Of a stretch of 64,000 nt of DNA, positions 11,558 through 25,377 are shown piece after piece. A program made the position numbers and the translations under genes. Each line of letters starts with the position of its first letter. Positions within the stretch are counted from its first letter, which is position 1. The stretch is from assembly GCA_002269645.1 (NCBI GenBank), contig NIVC01001607.1:62001-126000 (forward strand), written 5' to 3'. Source of the stretch: Macrostomum lignano. Its lineage: Eukaryota. Under the pieces are notes generated by a model, which was not told the DNA's origin, made no database searches, and worked only from the letters and a program-made list of their open reading frames with translations.

Positions 11558-13948
11558 CTGCGGATTTTCGTTCAATTGTTTATATGTTGTGTTGTTCATA
11601 AAAAATAATGCCAAAGTAGATTCGACCATCTTCAGCAACAACCCAAGGAAGGGAGTCAAATCTGTCCTCTCAGTAGCATACCATCAAAGTTGCCCCAATC
11701 TGGAAATTTTGGTCAAACAGATCCCAGACGTTTTTTGTTTTAAAGGACATTATTTCTACTGCTGATCGTTAAAACTTTTACTGAATGGAAAGTAACTTAA
11801 AATTGCCATTCAACTTTGAAGAGGCTTACTGTGGGCTTTTGCTGAGCACTCTACCATCTGGTTACTTTCTATTTATACTGTGCGCTCACTGCCCCAGGAA
11901 AACGCTAGATTGGGGAAGAAACATCGATATTTATACCAGAGAGAGAAGTGCAAGAGATGACGGAAAACTCTGCCTCTTCTCGCCAAAAATTATCGATTCC
12001 TGCAACACTAAAAACAAGAATAAGTAGAGCTGGTGCCCTCGGCTTAAGTAGTCCGTGTCTCATTGCACAAAAGCTACAAATATTTTTGATTGCAGCTTTC
12101 ACCTTGCGCTCGTAAATACTCGGAGGTTCTCATTTTGTACATAAGATAAGAATGTAAATGACAATGAAAAGGCTGACTCAAATGGATTTAACACTAAGAC
12201 AATGTCTTCTGCTAAGCCTCAATATCTCGGCAACTGAGACTTAAAGTAAGCTTTTATCTGCTTTTACGCAGCTGCCTTCACTAGTTTTCATCACTGCTCA
12301 TCAACTGCCATTATCAAGATTCGACAGATAAAAGTGAGCGCTGAAGGTTGAATCGGGTGCACTTTGGTCCGTTGAATTATTAAAAATGGACAAGACTATC
12401 TGAGCTTATTCTCAATAAGAAATATCTCTAGTAAGTAAAAATAAGAGAGAGTGACTTAGGCATAGAGGGTAATGGTTGCTGGGCAAACATCTGGCATAGA
12501 AGTCACAGGAAAGCGCGATCTGGAACCCGAGCTCGGGTGGAAGAATGGATTGGTGTCGTGACTTCAGTCCACAGCTCGTTATCCACTTCCGCTGCACACC
12601 CGTCCTTGGCTCTCCCCATTCTGCTCTGTCACTGTCTCTCTCCTCCCCTTCGTGCGGGATTCGGTCTCCTCTTAGAGTACTCAGAATTCACTTTCTGGAT
12701 GATGAAAGTGTCCGAGAAGCCGCTTGAGCCACTCGCTTTTCATCAGTCATATTTTAACAAACCCCCAAGTCCGCCCTCGATCTCACTCGCTGCCCAGAGC
12801 TTTTCTGTGGGGGCTCTGTCCCGACGTCTGTCGCTTCTGGCTTCTGCTCATAGCGTGCGATCCCATATAGCTTATCCGCACTTCGTTGCGCTTAATTTTT
12901 TCCCGATCTGAGCTGAGCGGCGCTTTCTGTCAAAAGGTATTTCCTACCCAGCAGGTACTGTTACTAATGCGTGGGTTGCTCGCCTGTTGCTATCTGTAAT
13001 TTAATTTGCAATGTCTTTGCTGCCAACACTAGGGGAGAATCTGACGATTCCGAGTTACCTCTACAAGCATTCAACTGTCCATCAATCCTGAATACAGCAA
13101 AGATGGCAGAACTTGTGGCTTAAAAGACGGAATGCTTTTGCATTAAGAAACCTGTCTACGGCCTGCCCAATTAAAATGGAAATTTAATTTGATGGGATAA
13201 TTTTTCTTGGAAGATTGAAGAATTCGAAAGATGGTCTGTTTCGATTTTTGCTTCCTACGCAATCGGGCATTTAATTTCCTGGGTTGCAATTTTTTAAGCC
13301 CAGGATTAAATGGCCACCAGATCCATTTCCCCATGCCAAAGATCTTCCGAACAATTTCGAGACTAATTAATTTTCCTATTTCGGAATTAGCCACCCCTTC
13401 AAGTTCAGATTACAGCATCCGGTTTAAAAAGTTGCTAATCGGCTTATCTCGGCTAGAAAAAGTCGTCACGTGACTCCGATTTCTTGCCTCAGAGTTGGAG
13501 AAATCGGTTGGCAAGTCACTCGATTGTCGACAGAATTTTCCCCAATTAAATTTCGCGCTGAGTAGTCAAATAAAATATGCCTAATGCCTGTCTAACTGAT
13601 TCTAAAGGGCTCAGTGCACTACGCCAGACTGAACGAACCGCTGCATTGCACGTTATCTGTTTACGGGGCATGAAAAGACAGGATAAATGGCAGGCAATAA
13701 TATTATTACATACAAAAGCTGTGGGTCGGCTACTAGGCCAGTTCACTTAAGTGGTTAAGCGAGCCCTGTTCTCTACAAGCGTTGATGCGGAAACCGAAAC
13801 ACAAACATATCGGTCACTGGCCCATTTTCCGACACTCGGTCTGCACTTTTGCTTCACTGCAGAATAGGCAATGTTCAGGGCGCAGTTTTCTACATAAACA
13901 ATTTATTTTGTGAACTTTTCTGCAGAAATAGAAAAGTTTATGACTCAC

Positions 13949-14791
13949 CTGCTGCAGCGTGTAGAGCAGCATCCCGCTGAAAATGCAGTTTAACAACGAA
14001 CTGGTCATCTTCACGAAGATCCCATAGATGTACATGTTTAACGTCTCAATGTGCAGTTCCTCGACCCAGTCGTACAGCTTGAACCACCAGCTGTCCGTAC
14101 CCTCGGCTCCGCAATTGATCATCTTGTAGATGAGCGAGTTGGGCATGGTGGCCAGCAGGGACACCACAACGATGCCCAGCAGGCAGCAGCGTGCTCTCCG
14201 CATGCTGCACCAGGCCGGCCCGTCTGTCGGGAAGTAGACGGCTACGAAGCGGAAGAAAGCCAGCGCCACGGTAAACAGCGTGCCAATCACGTGGCCTACT
14301 ATGGACACAACGTTGTGCACCAGAATGAGCAGAATGCCCAGGCGGGAGTGCCCGCCGTCGGGGCTGGGCTCGCTCAGCACGTACAAGTACACAGCGTAGT
14401 AGGTATAGGAGGCCAGTTTACCGATGTCGCACAGAGCGATGCAGGTCAGAATCAAATTGAATGGATTTCTCATCGCCTTCCTCGTGAGCACCACGCAGAC
14501 GATGATGTTTAGCAGGATGCCAATCACACAGACGCTGCTGCTCAGGTAGCCATGGAATTTGGCCATGTTGTGCTCCAGGCTCTCCAAAGCGCTAAAGTTG
14601 TAGCCGCTGCAGTCGCGCTTCGGCTGATCGATGTCCGCCCCGCTGCTGTCGCACCCGACGTTGACGCTGCCGTTGAATGCGCCGATTGATAAGTCGATGC
14701 TGTCGAGACCGCCGACCGTGATGTTGCGAAGGCCGAAACCGGCCGTGCTGACTGCGGAGGCTCGACTTGGCAGGCTGTACTGCCGGGTCAT
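13949..14791 (-). CDS. Peptide GPCR, exon 1: N-terminus and TM1-TM5 (joined model ~445 aa)
   Basis: Contains HGYLSSSVCVIGILLNII…LTRKAMRNPFNLILTCIALCD (TM1/2), GHVIGTLFTVALAFFRFVAV (TM3), TM4 and TM5. Donor CAG|gtgagt at 13949/13948. The track start at 14839 is TTG; the first in-frame ATG is 14791. Confidence 0.9.
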
Positions 14792-15167
14792 GCTGATTTG
14801 GCTTTGCGCTAGCGATCTGGGGTCTGGGGCTGTGGCCAAATTGTTTTACTTCTTCGCTTACCTTAACTAGCTTTGACTGAACTTCGTTTCAAATGTTCGC
14901 AGAGGAGCGAGTCGTTCGTGTGCCTACACATCTCTGTTGCCATGTCCTTATATCTCTGCTTCTCTGCTAGAACCGATTCCTGACCGCTCTGCCATTGGTC
15001 CATCCGTTCCAAGCCACTTCTTTCCATTTTTTCACTCCCCCATCCCTCTAGCTGGCGCTCCCTCCGCTCCCAGAGTGTCGTTCGCGGAGCCAGTCCGACA
15101 ACTCCCCGCGCTGTCACCAGCCCAGCCTCATCCTCCCCCGCACTTTGCGTTTTCCCCGGAGGTCTGA

Positions 15168-15389
15168 ATGTCCAAATCCAGCGCTTCCACCGCGGCAGCA
15201 GTGCAAGAGGCGGCCATCGTTTCACCAAACAGTGGCGCAAAGCTTCAAAATGGGAACCAAGGCCAAGGGAATACATGCGGTGCGTTGGTCGAAAATGCAA
15301 GCGCTGACACGGGAAGCCCGTGCGACCGCATGGAGTTGGACGCAGCGAAGTTCGCGAGAGATAAGACGTTGGGAAGAATTTTTTTCCAG
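15168..15389 (+). CDS. Possible first coding exon of an unidentified gene, divergent from the GPCR
   Basis: ATG at 15168, GC-richer open frame MSKSSASTAAAVQEAA…DKTLGRIFFQ ending at ttccag|gtatgt (donor at 15390). No downstream exon identified. Confidence 0.3.
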
Positions 15390-15639
15390 GTATGTCCTGA
15401 AAAGTACTTTTCGTCAGGATGCAGCTGTTGGAGGACCTCTTTCTGTTTTGAACGTTGGCCTTCAATGCAAAAGCAGAGTAAAAAATCCACGAATTCAATA
15501 CTGGAGCAGTGATTTACCGACGTCAATATCTGTGATCTGTGATACGCAGTGTTTCGACCGCTTGGTTTGTTCCATTCAAAAACAGATGCGTTTCACTTTA
15601 GACAAAAAAATTCTTCAATATTTCCCTTCTTTTGACCCC

Positions 15640-16678
15640 CAAACATACAGCAACCTTTCTTCCCCTTCCAAACATACAGCACCCTCTCTTCCAATTTCTA
15701 GCATTCAGCACCCTCCCTTCCACTTCCTAACATACAGCAGCCTCTCGTCCACTTTCTAACATACAGCATCCTCTCTTCCACTTCCTAACATTCAGCACCC
15801 TCTCTTCCACTTTCTAACATACAGCAACCTCTCTTCCACTTCCTAACATTCAGCACCCTCTCTTCCACTTCCTAACATTCAGCACCCTCTCTTCCACTTC
15901 CTAACATTCAGCACCCTCTCTTCCACTTCCTAACATTCAGCACCCTCTCTTCCACTTCCTAACATTCAGCACCCTCTCTTCCACTTCCTAACATTCAGCA
16001 CCCTCTCTTCCACTTCCAAACATACAGCAACCTTTTCTGTTGCATCTGCAGCAGCCTCTCTTCCACTTGACATGCAGCAACCTCTCTTCCACTTCCAAAC
16101 ATGCAGCAACCTCTCTTCCACTTGACATGTAGCAACCTCTCTTCCACTTGACATGTAGCAGCCTCTCTTCCACTTCCAAACATGCAGCAGCCTCTCTTCC
16201 ACTTGACATGTAGCAACCTCTCTTCCACTTGACATGTAGCAGCCACTCTTCCACTTCCAAACACGCAGCACCCTCTCTTCCACTTCCAAACACGCAGCAC
16301 CCTCTCTTCCACTTCCAAACACGCAGCACCCTCTCTTCCACTTCCAAACACGCAGCACCCTCTCTTCCACTTCCAAACACGCAGCACCCTCTCTTCCACT
16401 TCCAAACACGCAGCACCCTCTCTTCCACTTCCAAACACGCAGCACCCTCTCTTCCACTTCCAAACACGCAGCACCCTCTCTTCCACTTCCTAACATACAG
16501 CACCTTCTCTTCCACTTCCTAACATACAGCAGCCTCTCTTCCACTTCCTAACATACAGCACCTTCTCTTCCACTTCCAAACATACAGCACCTTCTCGTCC
16601 ACTTCCTAACATACAGCAGCCTTTCTTCCACTTCCTAACATACAGCAGCCTTTCTTCCACTTCCTAACATACAGCACC
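15640..16678. repeat. Minisatellite, 29-bp unit, ~36 copies
   Basis: Unit cagcaccctctcttccacttcctaacatt, arranged in sub-blocks of variants (…aaacacg, …tgacatg). Confidence 0.95.
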
Positions 16679-17519
16679 AATAAAAAACATCCTTCATAAA
16701 CTTGACAAACACAAGAAGGCGCGAACTGCAGTAGATCATAGCAGAGATTCCCTAGAAGCCGCAGCTCGCAAGCGTCACACCAAAATGGGGGCAAACTGAC
16801 AGTCACTGACTGGATGCATTGGAAATAATTAGAGCCTGAAAACGGGCTCAGAACTGCACGTACATGGTTGGTAATGAAGACGGCAGGCAGAGCCAGCTGA
16901 GATACGGAGGGAGAACAGATGATTCTGGCGTCCAGAGGGGGTTGCTCAGATTCACACCCCGTCCCTTCCGCCGCATGCACACAGCCCCTCCCTCCAGTAG
17001 CGTAATCTCATTTATTCCTCGTGAGGATTAACGACTGCAGGAGCCGGCAGAGGCCGATAAGAATTCGGACGGCTAGGGCACGGCATGCCGATAGAAGCGG
17101 CGCTGGCTTGTAAACACGAATCACTGGCATAGATATGCCTGAGCAGGGGCATTGGGAATCAGCGAGGACACAAATCTGCCTGTGCTGGCACCGGCGCATC
17201 TTCTAGACAGACTCCCGGCTCTTAACGGGGCCGCTGCCATAATATCTGCGCGAATAGAGGGGAAACTGACCGGCGGACAGACAATTAATGGCGCTGCCCG
17301 ACGCGCAGACCGAATCTATCCAATGGAGGTCCTGTCAACTGCAAAGAATACACACAGAGGGAGAAGCAGTGAACTTGACGGGACAACAGATGGAATGAAA
17401 ACATGCTGCCTGTAAGACTTCTGCCTGCTTTCAACGCTAATATCATTCCGTTAAATTTCCGTTTTGCACAATGCTGCAACTGACAGACACTGAGAAGAGA
17501 GTTGCAGCGACAAATATGA

Positions 17520-17932
<413 letters not shown>

Positions 17933-18446
17933 GTTAGACGGATGGACAGAGAAAGTATTTTTCGCACTTTACTACTTTATACGCTGGTATTGGTTTGACT
18001 CTCTAGAGTCTATAGATAACCAATATAACTGCCGTCTAAGTCATATCCCGACAGAAAGACGTCAGAATCTTGTGAACAAGGGCTGAATTTAAAGATTCTT
18101 TGATAGCCGATACGAGCGTAAGCTTAAGTTTCACTTTTTTTTGCAGATACTTTGGACTATTTTTATCCACAAAGGAATAATTTTAATTGGAAAATAATAA
18201 TAGATTAACAATGGACAAAAAGCACATTACCAATTAATATTGAGTCAATCAAAGCAGAACTGCTAAGCACTTACAAGCGATTTATACATGCAGTTCGCTA
18301 GTCAAGCAAAAAATCCTGCTTAAGTCACTGGAGATTAAAAATTTTAACTGCTAAAATGTTTCAGTTTCAATTTTTGTTTCGTAGAAGAAATGAAAAATAT
18401 TAGAAGGGCAGGATGGTACTGCACCATGATGTCTCGCAATGGCGAT

Positions 18447-19060
18447 GTTGCTGAATCAGTGCGAGTTTTGGGGAGTAGGGAATGAGGTTGCTGAATCAGT
18501 GCGAGCTGTGGGGGGGTAGGGAATGAGGTTGCTGAATCAGTGCGAGCTGTGGGGGGGGTAGGGAATGAGGTTGCTGAATCAGTGCGAGCTGTGGGGGGGG
18601 GTAGGGAATGAGGTTGCTGAATCAGTGCGAGCTGTGGGGGGTAGGGAATGAGGTTGCTGAATCAGTGCGAGTTTTGGGGAGTAGGGAATGAGGTTGCTGA
18701 ATCAGTGCGAGCTGTGGGGGGGGGGTAGGGAATGAGGTTGCTGAATCAGTGCGAGCTGTGGGGGGGTAGGGAATGAGGTTGCTGAATCAGTGCGAGTTTT
18801 GGGGAGTAGGGAATGAGGTTGCTGAATCAGTGCGAGCTGTGGGGGGGGGTAGGGAATGAGGTTGCTGAATCAGTGCGAGCTGTGGGGGGGGGTAGGGAAT
18901 GAGGTTGCTGAATCAGTGCGAGCTGTGGGGGGTAGGGAGTGAGGTTGCTGAATGAGTCCGAGCTGTGGGGGGGGGTAAGGGAGTGAGGTTGCTGAATGAG
19001 TGCGAGCTGTGGGGGGGGGGTAAGGGAGTGAGGTTGCTAAATGAGTGCGAGCTATAGGGA
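18447..19060. repeat. G-rich minisatellite, ~40-bp unit, ~15 copies
   Basis: Unit gttgctgaatcagtgcgagctgt(g)n tagggaatgag with a variable-length G-run. Confidence 0.95.
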
Positions 19061-19210
19061 GTGGCTAAGTTAGTAAGGGAGATCTTTTAAAAGTAAGGGA
19101 GATTAAAGACTATGAAACACTCTCTGAAGCTTTTAAAACATGCCAACTAGAATATCCAGTCCTTGCATCCCACATTCACTAACAAAAGAAGAGGCTCTGC
19201 TGCTTCGCCA

Positions 19211-19715
19211 TCAGGCTCCGCGAAGCCGACAGAAGGCCAAGTAGAGAAACTCGACGATTTCAACGAAGAACGCCATAGTGAGTCCGAGGCAAAGCGAGCA
19301 CAGACCGCCTACCCGGCTGACCAGCGCCTCAAATGTGACGGTCAGCTTCTCCTCTCGTCTCGTTGTGTCAAACGTCTTTCGTCGAACTATGACGTAAGCG
19401 TAGCTGTTCTCTCCCGAAGGCAGCTCATCATGCCTACTCGGAGTCCCAGCTGGCATCCGGGTGAGGTCCGGAGCGTCCAGGTAGTTCAGAATCTGTTTAG
19501 CGAGAGGTCCTACGCTGTGTCTATGGATGATTGCCTCCTTGAGCTGTTTCCAGCTCTGCGACTGGTTGAGCATCCAGTGCAGCTGAAAGTCTGTGGCCCT
19601 CCATCTGGTGATTGACAGCTCTTGCTTATAGTAGTACTTGCTGCAGCGCTTTCTGCAGGAGGCGTCGTTGTCAGCCGTGCCAGTATCGCCTAGGGATTCC
19701 AGGCACCTGAGTCGG
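19211..19715 (-). CDS. DEG/ENaC (amiloride-sensitive channel family) subunit, exon 4: end of Cys-rich thumb, TM2, stop
   Basis: Acceptor acatttcag|C at 19716/19715, phase 2. Reads RLRCLESL…CRKRCSKYYYKQELSITRW…FEALVSRVGGLCSLCLGLTMAFFVEIVEFLY; TGA at 19213-19211. Confidence 0.88.
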
Positions 19716-19808
19716 CTGAAATGTTTTAAAGAACTTGGGGTTTAGTAACTTTGCGTTCTGAGCATTGTATGGTGAAAGACTTTACGGCATTTGACGAAGA
19801 GATGCTAG

Positions 19809-19951
19809 CTTCCTTCCTTCCTTCCTTCCTTCCTTCCTTCCTTCCTTCCTTCCTTCCTTCCTTCCTTCCTTCCTTCCTTCCTTCCTTCCTTCCTTCCTTC
19901 CTTCCTTCCTTCCTTCCTTCCTTCCTTCCTTCCTTCCTTCCTTCCTTCCTT
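19809..19951. repeat. (CTTC)n microsatellite in ENaC intron 3
   Basis: Directly visible. Confidence 0.98.
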
Positions 19952-21112
19952 AGTTTATTGTTGCTGGAAGTGCGAGAGCCAGCAAAAACCGACAGGAGAC
20001 CCGCATCGATTCCAGCGTATGACGGTAAAGTGGAGGCAGTTTCAAGCTCTGTTGATATCTACGCTGCCTGCAAATTTTCGCATTGGATACGAGTATTGCT
20101 AACAATTCTCTGCGCATTTTGCATTGTCGATTGATGGAGAGATTTTTACCGTTTTTGGGCATAAGCGATAGCTTCATCCCGGAGCCTTTTCTCGAAAAAT
20201 TTTATTGCAAGTCGTTCATTGCAGCTATTAATTTTTTTAAAAAGCAGCCACTGATCGACTCTGATTATCAACAATGGGGCCAAACAGACGAAGGAAGGCT
20301 GAATCCAAGGCGGGATGCATAAGAAGAAGAACAATAAAGCGGAATTTACGCTGATAAAGGGATATTTTTAACGCACCGATTCAGTTTGCAGATAAGCTTT
20401 GGCTTCGTTTGTTACGACATTCATGTGATTCCATCTTTAATTAAGTAAAACTACTCGCCATTTTCCGCTGCTTGCTACTTTAAGTACTAATGGTTTTTTT
20501 TCAAATGGAAGAATCTCGGACGAAATTGAATTGAATTCAGTGATATTTTGCTTGGCAGTCAAATGCACTCCCTGTGAATGAAGTGCTTCTGAATTTTTTC
20601 AGAGAATTTTTCCAAATATTGACGGCCGATGCAAGAGCAACAGAACTCAAATGAAGTATATGGCACAGGTAAGATCTGATTTGTGAGATGTTCCATTAAT
20701 TTCTACCACTAAGCAAAGTGTATTGATTTCACTGCACCCAATATCACAAACATCGGGTCTGCCAGCGCTCTATACTTGGCTCTGTCAGCCACAGCCAGCC
20801 AATTTTTCTCTGGAAGAATTGTGGAAACGAAAGCTTTCTGACAGTGATTGCACAGCTGTTGCAGGTGAAATTTCATCTGGCCTCGATTTAGTCCAGGTCC
20901 AGCGCCTGGTCTGTCTCTGGCACCAATTCCACTCGTCGTCTTTCCAGAAATCATGCGAATTTTTTTTTTGAAAAATCCATCTCTCATTTAATACGTCATT
21001 CCGAATCAAGGAGACTTAGGGATGAGGGATTCGACTTTCCATAACCTCATCTCCGAGGCACGCGTCAAATTGCGTATACAGCCAACGATGAGAATGTCAA
21101 GGTGTACATCAC

Positions 21113-22496
21113 CAGTGGAGGCTGGGGATGATGGCGCCCCTTTATGACACAGGAGTGCCATAAAACACAAGCATAGAAGTTGACTGGATAACTTCATACT
21201 ATAAGCACAGGTCCTCATCAGAATCAAGGTCCTCACCGCCCCCGCCCTCAGTTTGCTCAGTATGGCGCCACTCTAGTGTAAATTTTGGCGCCCCTCTAGT
21301 GTATATCATGGCGCCCATCTAGTGTATATTATGGCGCCACTCTAGTGTAAATTATGGCGCCACTCTAGTGTATATTCTGGCGCCACTCTAGTGTAAATTA
21401 TGGCGCCCCTCTAGTGTATATTCTGGCGCCACTCTAGTGTAAATTATGGCGCCACTCTAGTGTAAATTATGGCGCCACTCTAGTGTAAATTATGGCGCCA
21501 CTCTAGTGTATATCATGGCGCCCCTCTAGTGTATATTCTGGCGCCACTCTAGTGTAAATTATGGCGCCACTCTAGTGTAAATTATGGCGCCACTCTAGTG
21601 TATATCATGGCGCTCATCTAGTGCATCTAGTGTATTTTATGGCGCCACTCTAGTGTAAATTATGGCGCCACTCTAGTGTATATCATGGCGCTCATCTAGT
21701 GCATCTAGTGTATTTTATGGCGCCACTCTAGTGTAAATTATGGCGCCACTCTAGTGTAAATTATGGCGCCCCTCTAGTGTATATTCTGGCGCCACTCTAG
21801 TGTAAATTATGGCGCCCCTCTAGTGTATATTCTGGCGCCACTCTAGTGTAAATTATGGCGCCACTCTAGTGTAAATTATGGCGCCACTCTAGTGTATATT
21901 CTGGCGCCACTCTAGTGTAAATTATGGCGCCACTCTAGTGTATATTATGGCGCCACTCTAGTGTATATTATGGCGCCACTCTAGTGTAAATTATGGCGCC
22001 ACTCTAGTGTATATTATGGCGCCACTCTAGTGTATATTGTGGCGCCACTCTAGTGTAAATTATGGCGCCACTCTAGTGTATATTATGGCGCCACTCTAGT
22101 GTAAATTATGGCGCCACTCTAGTGTATATTATGGCGCCACTCTAGTGTATATTATGGCGCCACTCTAGTGTAAATTATGGCGCCACTCTAGTGTATATTA
22201 TGGCGCCACTCTAGTGTAAATTATGGCGCCACTCTAGTGTATATTATGGCGCCACTCTAGTGTAAATTATGGCGCCACTCTAGTGTATATTATGGCGCCA
22301 CTCTAGTGTATATTATGGCGCCACTCTAGTGTATATTATGGCGCCACTCTAGTGTATATTATGGCGCCACTCTAGTGTATATTATGGCGCCACTCTAGTG
22401 TAAATTATGGCGCCACTCTAGTGGGTATTATGACGCCCCCTCTTATGATTAAAATCTGCCCCCCCCCCTCATTTTATAATTCTTAATCCGCCTCTG
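21113..22496. mobile_element. Putative hAT-like non-autonomous element carrying a minisatellite
   Basis: Ends CAGTGGAGGCT (21113) and CAGAGGCGGAT (reverse complement, 22496) form an imperfect short TIR. Flanks tacatcac (21105-12) and taaatcac (22497-504) match 7/8, like an 8-bp TSD. Confidence 0.6.
21261..22442. repeat. Minisatellite, 23-bp unit, ~51 copies
   Basis: Unit atggcgccactctagtgta(a/t)att. Confidence 0.97.
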
Positions 22497-22725
22497 TAAA
22501 TCACTTAATATGGCTTTCACGCGATCGAAAATTTCTATGACCGGAAAGTTTTGCTTGTCTCTTTACAAGTAACAAGTAAAAAATTGACCATTTTTAGGAT
22601 TAAAAAAATTGAGCTTCTGAAATGGACGAAATTTAGAACATTATTCGGTAGATTTATGCGCATTTCTTAGCCTGTGAAGTTGCATCAGTAACCATTTGGA
22701 TGCATTGTTAGTACAATTGACTTAC

Positions 22726-23002
22726 TCAACAATCTGTGAGACGTTGGCTGACCGGAAGTCGCCGCAGTAGGGCACACTTGGACTCGGCAGGCCCGTCGGT
22801 CGGGGCAGCCTCGACAGCAGGCATCCGCAGAGCGCGATGGCCCGCCGGTTCATCGCCTGCTCTTTGCAGGCCTCGAAGCTGTACGAATAGACGTTGTCCA
22901 GGTCGGTGATGCTTGGCAGGCTCTTGGCGTGGCACTTGTCGATGGGCGAGTCTCTGGCCTCCTGCCAGTGCACGGTCTCGAAAGCGATCTCCACCATTTT
23001 GC
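22726..23002 (-). CDS. DEG/ENaC subunit, exon 3
   Basis: Acceptor attcctag|GC (phase 1) and donor GA|gtaagt (phase 2). Reads KMVEIAFETVHWQE…DKC…YSYSFEACKEQAMNRRAIALCGCL…VPYCGD (Cys-rich thumb region). Confidence 0.88.
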
Positions 23003-25377
23003 CTAGGAATGGTTGGATGAAGTATTCCGATCAGTTTGCAAGTACACACACGATGACTTGTTGTTGCACACCGAACGAAGCAACGCAGGACAACACAGGA
23101 TCCAGTGTCACACAGGCCAATAAGGGCTACTGTAATTACCAAACCCGCAGGGTTTCCCACGGCCTGATTAGAAGTCCCACAGCCCCCCCCCCCTGCGACT
23201 TCGATACAGGTAGTTGACTCATCCTGTAAATTACAAGTAGCGCATCAAGATTGGTGTAAAAATATTCGAGACCGTTTCCGGTGCATTTCTTGGCCGCTGT
23301 TAGCCTTTAAAAGGACAAATTTATTTTGGTTTGAAAGTATTCATCGCCATAAAGATTCGCAAAAGGGCTACGGGTGCAACGCCTTTGATGACATCGTCCC
23401 AATTCTGCTCACTTTGCTGACTCCTGAGACTTATTCAGGGGAATTAAATTCAACTGCTCATGTTGCGAACGCTTTAAAATTGATTGTAGAAGCTGGCACT
23501 TCAGAACTGCTCCAACGATTTCATTTCGGTTCGCGTGGCAAAGGTGGGGATTGAGCTGCCTCCGCTTCAATTATGTCAGGCGATTAAAACCAAGCCAGAC
23601 TGTTGCATGCTGGCGTGTTGGCTGAGTTGAGGAAGGAGATTTTAAGTAATCAAAAATGCCTCTCACCTTTTCCTCGGATCAGAATACGGAAGCGCCTACT
23701 GATGTGGTTCAAAGAGGATGATTATTAGCAAGCAACAGAGAAGCAAAAATACAACTTTGACAGCGATTTTGAATACATTTCAAATACTTCTAGCCTTGTC
23801 AATCATAGTTAAACAAAATAATCAATAAATAGCAAGTCCTATCTGTCTGGCATTAGGAATAAAAAATTCCAGCATCACTTTTTGATTAGTTGGAACCTGA
23901 CAATGAGGATGTACACCCTGCGTGAGCGTCCGTGTCTGGTTGACGGACTGGACATAGCTGTTTGTCTTCTTGCTGACTGCGGTTCGAACCAGGGCCCTCT
24001 GAAAACGAACTAATACAGAGAACTCTCTAGTCCTACAAATTAATACATGAAGCTGCACACATCTTTCCACACTAATAATTATTATTAATCCCGACTGGCT
24101 AAATTAATACGGATTGCAAAAAGAAGTGAAATTCTGTTTGCCAAGCCGTCGCAAGCGAAAATTCCTTCCTACCAGAGGAATGACAAATTAGCATTCTTAT
24201 TGCTAATAAGTCAGTCGCAGTGGTGCATTGAGCCGCCGTTTTTGGCTGTAGAGGGCCTGGTGCGGTTGTAATTACTAGAGAAGCTTTCAGCCGGACGAAT
24301 TGGAAGAAATTTGGCTTTTTAGAGACCCTAGAAAACAGCACGCTTCTTCAATGCATCGGCGACGCTGTATCCAAGCGCGAACGGTGGAAATTATTTGAGG
24401 AGCTCTTATTTCAAATCCTAAAACCTACTACTCACCATATGAGAAATAACGAAATTCAATGCTATAAATTTTATGATACACATATCGAAATCAAGCGTAT
24501 GCAAAGCTTCATCAACCCATCAGCTTGTAGGTAATTGCCAGGACAGTTCAAGGATATTTGCGATGCGCGCCTTGCATTCAGTGCCAATTAGGCAAAAAAA
24601 CAGTTCCATCTGGTTTTTTTAATCAATATGGTCACGGAGATTCCAACAATTATGACCCAACTTTAGACGTTTTTGCCTTATTGGTATTCTATGCAAGACG
24701 ATTTTAAAATTCTTTGATTGCAACTGAGGAACTGCCCTCGAACTGGGCTGCTCTGATATTTAAATTATCTTCCAAAGCCATACACGGGGCTGGGGAACGT
24801 TTTAAAGATGTGGTGGGGCCAACAGGCTTAGCGGAATAAGTCTGAGATAAAATACAAAGTTTCCAGTATACATTATACAGTAAACATACCGAATTTTCTT
24901 GGCTAAAGTGGTGGGCATAGCGGATTAAATTCATGGGGAGAGTCGGCAAGTCATACGCCCAGGGATTTCTGATTGAATGCGCGACACTTCAGAAAAGTCC
25001 AGACGATTTTATGCAATAAAAATGCGAATTTTTAGTGTCTTCCGAGATTTATTCATCATAGAAATTGGCTAGAAACGTTTAGAGGTGATTCGGAAACAGC
25101 AAGATGTCGCAGTACAAGTAGTGCTTAAGACGGTTATTCAATAGTTTCAATCGCTTCAGTGGTTGTGAAATGGAACTGCTGAGAAATGCCTTAAAACCGA
25201 TTGTAAATACGAAGTAGGTTTTCATAAATGACAACAGCGAATGATGAATTTTAATCGTTTTAATCGTTAATCTGTTGCTTTCAGAGCGCCTGTTATTTTG
25301 AAGTCACTTCTCAGTCACTTTACAGGTGCCTTTCAACCGCTTACCAGTGGCTCTAAAGACTAGAAACTGGATGACTG

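Noticed and set aside
21261-22442. CRISPR-like appearance of the 23-bp arrays (also 5116-5668, 25378-25690, 46030-46680)
   Set aside because: Units are head-to-tail with no unique spacers, there are no cas genes, and the context is eukaryotic.
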